Shown here: one piece after another, positions 1 through 8,489 of the stretch
How positions within the stretch are numbered: the first letter of the stretch is position 1
Layout of the letters: each line of letters opens with the position of its first letter
Source of the DNA: Actinomycetes bacterium
Lineage (GTDB): Bacteria > Actinomycetota > Acidimicrobiia > Acidimicrobiales > JAJYXR01
Direction: 5' to 3'
DNA length: 64,000 bases
NCBI GenBank assembly: GCA_021801525.1
Contig: JAJYXW010000153.1
Location: forward strand, 3,986-67,985
The notes under the pieces: model-generated
Seen by the model: the letters and a program-made list of their open reading frames with translations, nothing else
Database searches by the model: none
Told to the model about the DNA's origin: nothing
Program-made: the position numbers and the translations under genes

Positions 1-154
1 GTTCTGGCAGCTCATGTAGCTCGAGGAGAGTCCGATGGTTCTAGAGGCCCAGTGGGAGCTTGCGTACGAGGACCTTGCGTACGACGAGGACCTTGTGCTC
101 GGGGAGTTACGGCCCGAGTGCCTGGGAGAGAGGGCCGGGGGCAGGGTCGGAGGG

Positions 155-466
155 ATGACCGGGGCGAGCGAGGCCGCACGTGTGCGGCGTCGGCGCATAG
201 GCAGGCTTTGCTGCGCCCTCGCTGCGGTGGCCATGCTTTCGCTCCTCGCGTTGCCTGCCGGCCCTGCTCGTGCGCGTGGTCTCGCGCCTGGCGCGGGGGG
301 ACGGCTGAGCGCCGGGGCGGCGTATGTCGTCCGTCCCGGAGACACGCTCTGGTCCATTGCGTCACGCGTCGACCCGAGTGGTGACCCGAGACCGCTCGTC
401 GCGGACATGGCCCGCGAGGTCGGCGGCGACACGATCTTTCCCGGCCAGCGCCTGGTGTTACCCTGA
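155..466 (+). CDS. LysM domain-containing exported protein
   Basis: C-terminal LysM signature YVVRPGDTLWSIASRV...IFPGQRLVLP. N-terminus has RVRRRRIGR followed by a hydrophobic stretch. ATG at 155 is preceded by GGAGGG. Track ORF 35..466 trimmed to this start. Confidence 0.7.
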   Translation: MTGASEAARVRRRRIGRLCCALAAVAMLSLLALPAGPARARGLAPGAGGRLSAGAAYVVRPGDTLWSIASRVDPSGDPRPLVADMAREVGGDTIFPGQRLVLP

Positions 467-497
467 TGCGCCCCCAGGTGGCGGTAACGTCGGCAGT

Positions 498-968
498 GTG
501 CGATGCCCATGGTGCCAGAGTCTCGACGACAAGGTCGTGGACTCCCGTTTAGCCGACGAGGGCGGCGCTATCAGAAGGCGCAGGGAGTGCCTGGCGTGCA
601 GCAGGCGGTTCACCACCTACGAGCGTGTCGAAGGCGCGCCACTTTGGGTGTCCAAGCGCTCGGGTTCTCGTGAGCCCTTCGACAGGGTGAAGGTCGTCGC
701 GGGAGTGCGGGCAGCCTGCAAGAACCGGCCCCTGACCTCCGCGGACATCGAGGACCTAGCCCAAGGAGTGGAGGACTCCCTTCGCGGCGAGGCAGGCGAG
801 GTGTCGAGCCAGCAGATAGGCATGGCCGTGCTCGAGCGCCTCCGGCAGCTCGACAAGGTTGCGACCGTTCGCTTCGCCTCTGTCTACAAGGGCTTCGCAG
901 ACCTGAGTGACTTCGAGCGCGAGGTGGGCCTCCTCACGAAGACCACCGAGCCAAAGCGCCGGGACTGA
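498..968 (+). CDS. nrdR: Transcriptional repressor NrdR
   Basis: VRCPWCQSLDDKVVDSR...RRRRECLACSRRFTTYE zinc ribbon followed by an ATP-cone. GTG at 498 is in frame within track ORF 324..968. Confidence 0.9.
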   Translation: MRCPWCQSLDDKVVDSRLADEGGAIRRRRECLACSRRFTTYERVEGAPLWVSKRSGSREPFDRVKVVAGVRAACKNRPLTSADIEDLAQGVEDSLRGEAGEVSSQQIGMAVLERLRQLDKVATVRFASVYKGFADLSDFEREVGLLTKTTEPKRRD

Positions 969-977
969 GCGGCACGA

Positions 978-1703
978 GTGGGCGCGGACGGCGTGGCTGA
1001 GCTGGTCGAGGAGACGCCGGAGCGCGCGCTTGGCGTGTACGCCCATCCAGACGACCCCGACGTCTCGTGCGGTGGCACCTTGGCACGCTGGTCCCGGGAG
1101 GGATGCGAGGTCCATGTCCTGCTGTGCACCGAGGGCGACAAGGGCACGTTGGACCCGAGCGTGACCACCGCTGAGGTCGCGAAGATACGGGCGGCCGAGG
1201 CGGCCGAGGCGGCAGCCATAATCGGGCTGGCGGGCCAGCACCATCTGGGCCATTCGGATGGCGACCTGGTCGACGGCGTCGAGCTGAGGGCGGAGATCGT
1301 CAAGTGGGTGAGACGGCTCGTTCCTACGGTCGTGCTCTGCCCCGACCCGACGGCTTTGTTCTTCGGCGAGGACTACCTGAACCATCGTGACCACAGGGTT
1401 GTCGGGGCATGCGTGCTCGACGCGCTGGCGCCGGCCGCGGCGCTGCCCCACTACTTTCCCGAAGCCGGGCCCCCGCACCAGGTCAAGGTGGCCTACCTGT
1501 CGGGGACCCTGGACCCGACGGTGTGGATCGACATCACGCCGACCGTCGGGGAGAAGCTCTCGGCGGTCGCCTGTCACCGCAGCCAGTTCCCCGCTGGCTT
1601 CGAATGGGCGCGCGAAGCCCTCCTGGAGCGAGCGATGGAGGAAGGCCAGCGCGCTGGTGTCCAGTACGCGGAGGCTTTCAGGAGGCTACGGCTCGGTGCG
1701 TGA
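978..1703 (+). CDS. PIG-L (LmbE-like) family deacetylase
   Basis: AHPDDPDVSCGGTLARW and HRDHR motifs typical of the PIG-L/LmbE family. Confidence 0.75.
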   Translation: MGADGVAELVEETPERALGVYAHPDDPDVSCGGTLARWSREGCEVHVLLCTEGDKGTLDPSVTTAEVAKIRAAEAAEAAAIIGLAGQHHLGHSDGDLVDGVELRAEIVKWVRRLVPTVVLCPDPTALFFGEDYLNHRDHRVVGACVLDALAPAAALPHYFPEAGPPHQVKVAYLSGTLDPTVWIDITPTVGEKLSAVACHRSQFPAGFEWAREALLERAMEEGQRAGVQYAEAFRRLRLGA

Positions 1704-3183
1704 CGTCTTGGCTGCTCCGGCCGTACCTGCTCGAAGCCGCCTGGTCCTGCACGTGGACATGGACGCCTTCTTCGCGTCCGTCGAAGTCCTGGACACCCCG
1801 TCCCTGGCCGGGCTCCCGGTCGTTGTCGGGGGCACCGGGGACCGCTCTGTGGTGGCGTCGTGCAGCTACGAGGCGCGCGCCTTCGGAGTGGCCGCTGCCA
1901 TGTCTACGCACGAGGCGCGAAGGCGATGCCCGCATGCCGTGTTCCTCCCCGGGCGCTTCTGGCGTTACTCGGAGGTGAGCGAGGTGCTCCATCGGCTGCT
2001 CGCCCGCTTCAGTCCTCTCGTCGAGGGAGTGGGCCTGGACGAGGCGTACCTCGACGTGACTGGCTCGCTCAGGCGCTTCGCCTCCCCTCTGGCGCTCGGC
2101 TGGGAGCTCCGGTCCGCCGTTGCCGACGGGACGGGCCTCAGCTGCTCGGTGGGCCTTGCGTCGAGCAAGCTGCTCGCGAAGCTGGCTTCCGAGGCCGCCA
2201 AGCCGGTCTCGGGGCGTGGTGGCACCCGGCCCGGCAAGGGCGTCGTGCACGTTGCGCCCGAGGAGGAGGAGGCGTTCCTCTGGCCGCATCCGATAAGGGC
2301 ACTTCCAGGGGTCGGACCCGTATCCGCACGAAAGCTCGAGAGCCTGGGCGTTTCGACAGTAGGCGACCTGGCCAGGGTGCCACCGGGGTGGATGAGCCGC
2401 TACCTTGGCCGCTCAGCCGGGGTCAGGCTGGCCGAGCTTGCCCGGTGCGTCGACCCGCGGGCCGTCGTCGCGGACCGCGCGCCGCGTTCGATCGGCCAGG
2501 AGGAGACCTTCCCACGCGACTTGCGTTTGGTGGGTGACCTGCTCTTGGAGATTGCACGCCTGTCGGATGCCCTGGGCGCGAGGCTCGGGGAGGTCGGGTT
2601 GGTGGCTCGTTCCATCACGATCAAGGTGAGGCTGGCGGATCGGCGGACCATCACTCGCTCACGAACCTTCGACCACCCAGTTCGTTCCTCGCGGGAGCTG
2701 CGTCATGCGGCGAGGGAGCTGCTCTTGCAGCTGGCGGGTCCCGCTGAAGGCTCCGGGCCCGGCTTGCTCTCTGGCGATGCTCGAGGCGCGCTTGGCGGTG
2801 GGGCTGCCAGCGGGGCTGCGGGTAGGGCTCAGGGTAGGGCACAGGGTAGGGCTGCCAGCGGGGCTTCGGGCATGCTTGCTGGAGGTGTCCGGCTTCTCGG
2901 TGTGTCAGCCAGCGGGCTCGAGGCCGCGACGGGGAGCAGCTTCCAGATGTCGCTCTTTGACGGCGATCCAGAGGCGCGCGACGGTGCCAAGACAGGTCTA
3001 CGGGTGGCGCAGTCCGAAGCGCTCGAGGTGGCGCTGAGCAAGGTCAGGTCGCGATACGGGGTGGCGTCCGTTGGGCCCACCGCGTTGCTCGGTCCCCACG
3101 GGCTTCGGGTGAAGCGCCGCGGTGAGTCGCAGTGGGGCCCCGGGGAGAGCGAGTCCCAGCTGAGGGTAGGTGAGAGCAGGTGA
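1696..3183 (+). CDS. dinB: DNA polymerase IV (Y-family)
   Basis: LHVDMDAFFASVEVLD, CSYEARAFGV and LDEAYLDVTG motifs. GTG at 1696 is in frame in track ORF 1387..3183. The C-terminal part carries a repeat-encoded Gly/Ala/Arg-rich insert. Confidence 0.85.
   Translation: MRDVLAAPAVPARSRLVLHVDMDAFFASVEVLDTPSLAGLPVVVGGTGDRSVVASCSYEARAFGVAAAMSTHEARRRCPHAVFLPGRFWRYSEVSEVLHRLLARFSPLVEGVGLDEAYLDVTGSLRRFASPLALGWELRSAVADGTGLSCSVGLASSKLLAKLASEAAKPVSGRGGTRPGKGVVHVAPEEEEAFLWPHPIRALPGVGPVSARKLESLGVSTVGDLARVPPGWMSRYLGRSAGVRLAELARCVDPRAVVADRAPRSIGQEETFPRDLRLVGDLLLEIARLSDALGARLGEVGLVARSITIKVRLADRRTITRSRTFDHPVRSSRELRHAARELLLQLAGPAEGSGPGLLSGDARGALGGGAASGAAGRAQGRAQGRAASGASGMLAGGVRLLGVSASGLEAATGSSFQMSLFDGDPEARDGAKTGLRVAQSEALEVALSKVRSRYGVASVGPTALLGPHGLRVKRRGESQWGPGESESQLRVGESR
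2801..2866 (+). repeat. In-frame minisatellite inside dinB: 12-bp units GGTAGGGC(T/A)CAG x2.7 flanked by 17-bp direct repeats GGGCTGCCAGCGGGGCT
   Basis: Read directly from the sequence. Encodes GRAQGRAQGRAASGASG. Confidence 0.8.
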
Positions 3184-4370
3184 GCACGATCAAGGTGGGG
3201 ATTCTCGGCTGCGGGTTCATCGGCACCGTGCACGCGTTCGCGCTGCAGGCTCTCGTGGCCGGGGGCCTCGTAGACGCAGAGGTGGTCGCGTTCGGGGACT
3301 CCGACCCCGTCAAGGCTCGTGGCCTGGCCGAGCTCCACGGCACCGGCGCAGCCGTGCATGTCGACGACGTGCGCGGTCTCGTCTCAGCGAGCGACGCAGT
3401 CTGGGTGTGCACGCCCACCAGCAACCACTTGGAACTGGTGGCACGGGTGGCTGCTGCCGGGAAGGCTATCTACTGTGAGAAGCCACTTGCCCCGGACTTG
3501 CCGACCGCCGAGGCCTTGGTTGCCGCAGCGCAGCGCGCGGGGATCCCTCATCAGGTCGGGCTGGTGCTCAGGTCGGCGCCTGGCGTTACTGCGACAGCCC
3601 GAGCGCTCGGGGTCGAATCGCCAAGCCGTTTCACAGTTCCGGAAGCTCCTCTCGAGCCCGTGGAACGGGTCGGTGAGTCCTGGGAGGCCGGCGGTCGTGA
3701 CCTGTGGGAGGTGGCGACCGAAGGAGGCCAGGCCCGCGTGATGGCGGCAGTGCTGCGTGACGACCAGTACTTCCCGACGCAGGGTATCTACGGCTCCACC
3801 TGGCGCTCTGACGTGGACATATCCGGAGGCGGCACGCTTATCGAGCATTCGATCCACGACCTCGACCTTCTCACCTGGCTGCTCGGCCCCGCGGAGACCG
3901 TGAGCGCGAGGACCGGTAATTTTGCCGGCCACCCGGGTATCGAGGACCTGGCCTCGGTGACGATCTCCCACGCCGGCGGTGCCGTGTCCACGCTGGTGAG
4001 CGTGTGGCACGGGATGCTGACGCGCCCTTCCACTCGCAGGCTCGAGGTCTTCTGCGAGCGCGCCCACCTGGTGCTCGAGGACGAGCACGTCGGGCCTCTG
4101 CGGGTGGAGCTCGATACCGGATCGGAGGACGTCGGGCTGTTGGCCGAGGCGAGAGCGGTCCTCGAGCGGCTGGGCACGGTCGAGGAGCTGCGGGTGCCGT
4201 TGCTCTCGTACGCAATGGCAGACGGATCATTCTTGAGATCCGTCGCAGAGGGGAGCAAGCCGGAGCCGGGCTTCGAGGTGGGGCTCCAGGCACACCGCGT
4301 GGCGGACGCGGCGTACCGCTCGGCCGCGATGGGGGGCGTTCCGGTGAGCGTGGGCCAGCGGGACTTCTGA
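3180..4370 (+). CDS. Gfo/Idh/MocA family oxidoreductase
   Basis: N-terminal Rossmann motif IKVGILGCGFIGTVHA and EKPLA motif. GTGA overlap with the dinB stop. Confidence 0.75.
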   Translation: MSTIKVGILGCGFIGTVHAFALQALVAGGLVDAEVVAFGDSDPVKARGLAELHGTGAAVHVDDVRGLVSASDAVWVCTPTSNHLELVARVAAAGKAIYCEKPLAPDLPTAEALVAAAQRAGIPHQVGLVLRSAPGVTATARALGVESPSRFTVPEAPLEPVERVGESWEAGGRDLWEVATEGGQARVMAAVLRDDQYFPTQGIYGSTWRSDVDISGGGTLIEHSIHDLDLLTWLLGPAETVSARTGNFAGHPGIEDLASVTISHAGGAVSTLVSVWHGMLTRPSTRRLEVFCERAHLVLEDEHVGPLRVELDTGSEDVGLLAEARAVLERLGTVEELRVPLLSYAMADGSFLRSVAEGSKPEPGFEVGLQAHRVADAAYRSAAMGGVPVSVGQRDF

Positions 4371-4555
4371 GTGCTGGTTGGCTGCGCTCAGTCGGCGACT
4401 TGGCGCCAGGCGCCTGCCGACGGTTGGAATCAGGCCGTCGGCCATTGTCATTGCGCCGCCGGCGCGCGATGATGAACATGGGTAGGTAGTACCGTAGGTT
4501 GCTGTAGCTGGCGAGCGCCCCGAGGCGCGGACCGGAGGAATGGAAGGGGGTGAGC

Positions 4556-4930
4556 ATGCCGCTCTCCGAGCACGAGCAACGGGTTCTGCAAGAGCTGGAA
4601 CACGCCCTTTACCAGGACGATCCTGCCTTTGCCCACAGGGTCCGCTCTGAGACTGTCTATCGGCATGCCGGCCGTTACGTGAAGTGGTCGGTAGCGGGCT
4701 TCGTGGCGGGGATGATCGTCATGCTGGCGTTCTTCTCCACCTCCGTCCTTCTCGGCTTCGTGGGGTTCTTGATCATGTTCCTCTCCCTCGTCACGCTCTG
4801 GACGAACCTCGCTCGCATGGGGAAGGCGGGCTTGCACGATTTCCGGCGGTCCGCTCACGGGGAGCGAGCCGGGGGCGTGATCGACGACGCACAGCGCTGG
4901 CTTCGCGAGCGCTTCCACCGCGAAGGCTGA
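4556..4930 (+). CDS. DUF3040 family membrane protein
   Basis: MPLSEHEQRVLQELEHALYQDDPAFA followed by two hydrophobic helices. ATG at 4556 is 6 nt after GAAGGGGG. GTG at 4550 is an alternative start. Confidence 0.7.
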   Translation: MPLSEHEQRVLQELEHALYQDDPAFAHRVRSETVYRHAGRYVKWSVAGFVAGMIVMLAFFSTSVLLGFVGFLIMFLSLVTLWTNLARMGKAGLHDFRRSAHGERAGGVIDDAQRWLRERFHREG

Positions 4931-4954
4931 GCAGGTTCCGGCGGGCCTGCGCCG

Positions 4955-5890
4955 GTGGAGGTGTGCCTGGCCGTCGACATCGGCGGTACGAAGATGGCCG
5001 TGGGGCTCGTAGACCGCGCTGGTGGGCTACTGGCGGAGCGCCGGGCACTGACGCCCCGTTCCGGCGACGCGGAGGCAGTGTTCGCCGCACTCACCGATAT
5101 CTTGAGCGATCTGGCATGCGGTGATCTTCCGAGACCCGGCAAGGGTAGGCCCACGCGTCGAAGCATCCTCGCGTGTGGCGTCGGATGCGGAGGGCCGATG
5201 CAGGCCGGCGGGACGGCGGTGTCGCCGCTCAACGTACCCGCGTGGCGCGACTTCCCCCTCCTGGATCGGCTGTCAGAGCTGACCGGTCTCCCCGTCGTGA
5301 TCGACAACGACGCGAAGGCCCTTGCCCTCGGGGAGGGGTGGGTCGGCGCGGCGAGAGGCATGGACGACTTCATGGCGATGGTCGTTTCGACTGGGATCGG
5401 CGGCGGGATCGTGAGCGGAGGGAAGCTCTTGGACGGCAGCTCGGGCAACGCCGGTCACGTCGGGCATGTCGTGGTGGAGCCCGGCGGCAGGCGATGCGCG
5501 TGCGGCGGGAGGGGCTGCGTCGAGGCCGAAGCGTCGGGGACGGCAATTGCAGCGATGTCGGGACGTCCCGCCGAGCATGCCTCTCCTGAACTGGTGAAGC
5601 GGTCTGGCACGATGGTCGGAAGGGCAGTGGCTTCGGTGGTGAACCTGCTGGACCTTCCACTCGTGCTGATTGCCGGCTCGGTGGCACTCGGTTTCGGCCG
5701 CCCTTTCTTCGAGGCGGCTTCGGCGGAGCTTTCTCGTCGCGCGCGCCTGGATTTCAGCGCTTCGGCTCGGATCCGGCCGGGTGGCCTTGGCTCGAGTGGG
5801 CCTCTCGTCGGGGCAGGGGCGCTAGCTTGGCGGCTGCTCGGAGAGCATGTCCTCGGCAGCGCGGACGAGCCGGCTGTCCAAGGTGCCTGA
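4955..5890 (+). CDS. ROK family sugar kinase / regulator-like protein
   Basis: LAVDIGGTKMAVGLVD ATP-binding motif and the ROK zinc motif GHVVVEPGGRRCACGGRGCVEAEASG. Confidence 0.85.
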   Translation: MEVCLAVDIGGTKMAVGLVDRAGGLLAERRALTPRSGDAEAVFAALTDILSDLACGDLPRPGKGRPTRRSILACGVGCGGPMQAGGTAVSPLNVPAWRDFPLLDRLSELTGLPVVIDNDAKALALGEGWVGAARGMDDFMAMVVSTGIGGGIVSGGKLLDGSSGNAGHVGHVVVEPGGRRCACGGRGCVEAEASGTAIAAMSGRPAEHASPELVKRSGTMVGRAVASVVNLLDLPLVLIAGSVALGFGRPFFEAASAELSRRARLDFSASARIRPGGLGSSGPLVGAGALAWRLLGEHVLGSADEPAVQGA

Positions 5891-5919
5891 GTGCCGCGCC
5901 GCTGAGCCTCTAAGCTTCC

Positions 5920-6249
5920 TTGCCGATGACCGCCACGGTACGGCCCCGGGAAGCTGCGACCGAGGTGGTTGCGCTCGGCGAGCTTGCCCCAGGCCTCGTC
6001 GCCGTCTTGTGGCGTGCCCCATGGCTCGTGCCGAGCGCGTTCGTGCAGGCGATGCGCCTTGCTCCTAGGCGATGGTGGACACGATGGCCCCCGATACCGC
6101 TGCCTACGCGTGAACTGTGGGATTTCAGGATCGAGACTGCCTACGGGCCGCCCGGTGGCGGCCAGAGCGCCTCGCTGCAAGTGCCGCCGGCAGACCTACG
6201 CGAGCACCTCGAATGGTGCCGCTCGATGCGGAGTTGGACCCGCAAGTGA
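5920..6249 (+). CDS. Hypothetical protein (weak call)
   Basis: Only an open frame with moderate third-position GC. No recognisable motif. Confidence 0.25.
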   Translation: MPMTATVRPREAATEVVALGELAPGLVAVLWRAPWLVPSAFVQAMRLAPRRWWTRWPPIPLPTRELWDFRIETAYGPPGGGQSASLQVPPADLREHLEWCRSMRSWTRK

Positions 6250-6290
6250 GCGCCTCGCCTGGGAGAGACGGGCGGCGCCCTGTTCGCGCC

Positions 6291-6346
6291 CGCCCCTCTC
6301 GCACCGGCCGGCGCCCGCCCCTCTCGCACCGGCCGGCGCCCGCCCG
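6291..6346. repeat. 25-bp tandem repeat CGCCCCTCTCGCACCGGCCGGCGCC x2.2, intergenic
   Basis: Two perfect copies (6291-6315, 6316-6340) plus a partial copy, upstream of the HNH gene. Confidence 0.85.
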
Positions 6347-6429
6347 GCAGGTCGATAGGCCAGCCTGCCTGCGTTCGCGCCAAGCGTGTTGCGAGCGTTT
6401 CCCGCTCATGTTCAGGTAGCCTTGCTGCG

Positions 6430-6966
6430 ATGGATGTGCTCGAGAGTGGCGCGAGGACGGCGAGGAGAGCGCTGGTCCTCAACGCCACGTTCGAGCCGCT
6501 GGCCGTAGTGTCCTCGCGCCGGGCGTTGCTGCTCGTGCTGTCGACCAAGGCGGAGCTGGTGGTGCCGACCGGACGAGTTTTCCGCTCCGAGCGCGCGGCG
6601 CATCCCGAGCCGTCGGTAGTGCGGCTGGACCGCTACGTGCACGTGCCACACGAGAGCGTGGTATCGGTGAATCGGCGCACGGTCTTCGCCCGCGACGGGC
6701 ATCGCTGCCAGTACTGCGGATTGCCCGCAGAGAGCATCGACCATGTGGTGCCGCGTAGCCGGGGTGGCAAGCACTCATGGGACAACGTGGTCGCGGCTTG
6801 CCGGCGGTGCAACACGCGCAAGGAGGACCACCTACCCCATGAGGCGGGCCTGGTCCTGCGCACCGAGCCCGCCGCGCCGCGCCGGAGAGTGTGGCTGCTG
6901 GCAATGAGCGGTGGGGTGAATGCCGACTGGGCACCCTATCTGGGGGCTGAGTCGCTCACGGCATGA
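6430..6966 (+). CDS. HNH endonuclease family protein
   Basis: RDGHRCQYCGLPAESIDHVVPRSRGGKHSWDNVVAACRRCNTRK, an HNH/zinc-finger core. Confidence 0.8.
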   Translation: MDVLESGARTARRALVLNATFEPLAVVSSRRALLLVLSTKAELVVPTGRVFRSERAAHPEPSVVRLDRYVHVPHESVVSVNRRTVFARDGHRCQYCGLPAESIDHVVPRSRGGKHSWDNVVAACRRCNTRKEDHLPHEAGLVLRTEPAAPRRRVWLLAMSGGVNADWAPYLGAESLTA

Positions 6967-7030
6967 GCATGAAGCCCTGGGTTGCCAGACGTGGACACCC
7001 GGTCGGGCCCTGCATCACCGGGCCTCTTCC

Positions 7031-7750
7031 ATGACCACGCAGCGGGTGGCCGGTGCATGGCTCGTGAGCCGGCGAAGCGGGACTGCCTCCGAGCTGCACG
7101 CGCCATGGCCCCCGGCCGGGGAGCGCACCAGACGCATGGCTCGGTTCTGCGACGTCAGCGCTCGGGCACTCGTGATCGGGAGCACCCAGCCTGCACGAGC
7201 GCTGGATGCCGCCCGGGCGGATTCCGATGGAGCCGAGGTGGTTCGCCGGCGGACCGGCGGGGGAGCGGTCCTCGTTTCGAAGGCAGCACAGGTATGGCTC
7301 GACCTCTGGCTTCCCAGAGGCGATCCCTTGTGGTCGGACGACGTCGTGGCGGCGGCCCACTTTGTCGGGGTGCTCTGGAGCGAGGCACTCGCTCTTCTCG
7401 GCTTGCGTGGTGCTCGGGTGCATGCTGGCCGGCTGGAGAAGACGCAGTGGTCCAGCCTCGTCTGCTTCGGGGGGAGGGGTCCCGGTGAGGTGGTGCTCGC
7501 GGGCCGCAAGGTCATGGGCCTTGCGCAGAGGCGGGATCGCTATGGAGCCTGGTTCCATTCCGTCGCGCTTGCGGCCTGGGAGCCGCGAGCACTCTTGGAC
7601 CTGATGGCGCTGCGCCCCGAGGAGCGCGACAGCGCTGCCGAAGCGATGTCAGGCGTGGCAGCCGGCCTGAGCGAGCTGCTGGGCCGGGAGGCGCCTGGAT
7701 CGCTGGCGCTGGTGGAAGGAGCGTTGGAGGCGCTTCTGCGCGGAGCCTGA
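7031..7750 (+). CDS. Biotin/lipoate A/B protein ligase family protein (LplA-like)
   Basis: VVRRRTGGGAVLV and GRKVMGLAQRR motifs resemble the BPL/LPL catalytic domain. ATG at 7031 was chosen to avoid overlapping the HNH gene. Confidence 0.55.
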   Translation: MTTQRVAGAWLVSRRSGTASELHAPWPPAGERTRRMARFCDVSARALVIGSTQPARALDAARADSDGAEVVRRRTGGGAVLVSKAAQVWLDLWLPRGDPLWSDDVVAAAHFVGVLWSEALALLGLRGARVHAGRLEKTQWSSLVCFGGRGPGEVVLAGRKVMGLAQRRDRYGAWFHSVALAAWEPRALLDLMALRPEERDSAAEAMSGVAAGLSELLGREAPGSLALVEGALEALLRGA

Positions 7751-7796
7751 GGTCCTGGTTCGAGGACCGGGGCACTGCCAGGTCGAGGCGGCTCTT

Positions 7797-7916
7797 CCTT
7801 CTCCAGTTCAGCCTTCTCCAGTTCAGCCTTCTCCAGTTCAGCCTTCTCCAGTTCAGCCTTCTCCAGTTCAGCCTTCTCCAGTTCAGCCTTCTCCAGTTCA
7901 GCCTTCTCCAGTCTGG
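7797..7916. repeat. 15-bp tandem repeat CCTTCTCCAGTTCAG x8 (7 perfect, 1 degenerate)
   Basis: Read directly. Lies between the LplA-like gene and the mraZ promoter region. Confidence 0.95.
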
Positions 7917-7975
7917 CCGTCTCCATGCGCGCTCCCCCAGCCACCCAATGTGATGGTACGGGCTGGCACACGTTG

Positions 7976-8027
7976 TTGACTGGTGGTGCATTGGGGAATA
8001 GAGTGGCAGAAAGTGGTGTATTGGGGA
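7976..8027 (+). promoter_or_regulatory. Candidate dcw promoter (TTGACT-N17-TAGAGT) overlapped by GTGG/TGGGG direct repeats (possible MraZ boxes)
   Basis: TTGACT at 7976-7981 and TAGAGT at 7999-8004. GTGGTG(C/T)ATTGGGGA occurs at 7983-7997 and 8013-8027. AGTGG occurs at 8002 and 8012, about 10 bp apart. About 40 nt upstream of the mraZ start. Confidence 0.4.
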
Positions 8028-8066
8028 GGGTCCGGGTGACCGCGTCCAGCGGTAGGAAAGCGAGCA

Positions 8067-8489
8067 GTGGTGGCAGGTTTCTACGGCACCTACGAGCACA
8101 CGCTGGACGACAAGGGGCGTGTGATCCTGCCCGCGAAGATGCGCCACGGCTTCGACGGAAAGGCCTTCCTCACTCAATACCTGGATGGATGCCTGGCTCT
8201 GTGGGATCCAGAAGCGTTCGACGAGCAGATGGAGGCGATGCGTCAGCGCGCCTCGACTGGCCGCTCGGAGCGCAACCTCGCGCGCGTCTGGGCATCGAAG
8301 TCGCACGAGGTGGAGGTGGCCAGCAACGGCCGAGTTGCGATACCGGCACATCTGCGGGAGTACGCGGGCCTCGAAGGGGACGTGCTCATAACGGGCTTCT
8401 TCGACCATGTGGAGCTCTGGAACCCTGCCCGCTGGGAGGAGAAGGTGCAGCCCGAGGAGCTGCGCCTGACGGAAGGTCTGGACGGATGA
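8067..8489 (+). CDS. mraZ: Division/cell wall cluster transcriptional regulator MraZ
   Basis: GFYGTYEHTLDDKGRVILPAKMR and NGRVAIPAHLR, the duplicated SpoVT/AbrB-like MraZ motifs. Confidence 0.95.
   Translation: MVAGFYGTYEHTLDDKGRVILPAKMRHGFDGKAFLTQYLDGCLALWDPEAFDEQMEAMRQRASTGRSERNLARVWASKSHEVEVASNGRVAIPAHLREYAGLEGDVLITGFFDHVELWNPARWEEKVQPEELRLTEGLDG

Noticed and set aside
4416-4442. Hairpin GCCGACGG-N11-CCGTCGGC after the oxidoreductase gene as an intrinsic terminator. A similar case is GGGAACGG...CCGTTCCC at 54761-54800.
   Set aside because: The stems are real, but they are short or have large loops, and no U-tract follows. This is not enough to call terminators.
5455-6180. Minus-strand 241-aa ORF spanning the ROK gene 3' end and the 5891-6429 spacer.
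   Set aside because: Most of it is antisense to the ROK gene, and its composition is Arg/Pro/Ser-rich. Only the weak plus-strand ORF 5920..6249 was kept, at low confidence.
6430-6966. HNH endonuclease as a marker of a mobile element, homing intron or phage remnant.
   Set aside because: No integrase, transposase, terminal repeats, intron or intein context, or compositional shift is visible in the flanks. It looks like a stand-alone conserved HNH protein.
7540-7971. Minus-strand 143-aa ORF whose centre is (AELEK)x8, which looks like a small coiled-coil protein.
   Set aside because: The heptad-like peptide is simply the antisense reading of the 15-bp minisatellite. The rest of the ORF is Ser/Ala/Pro/Arg-rich and runs antisense through the 3' end of the LplA-like gene (7540-7750). 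No Shine-Dalgarno sequence is visible. Treated as a repeat, not a gene.
7925-8485. N-terminal extensions of track ORFs (rsmH 7925.., murC 17972.., dinB 1387.., ftsW 15790.., sigma factor to 34540, thiO to 58609, GT87-like 45490.., nrdR 324.., rluD 31713..).
   Set aside because: The extensions overlap upstream genes in another frame, are Arg/Gly-rich, and precede in-frame starts that create ATGA/GTGA coupling or follow Shine-Dalgarno motifs. The starts were therefore trimmed.
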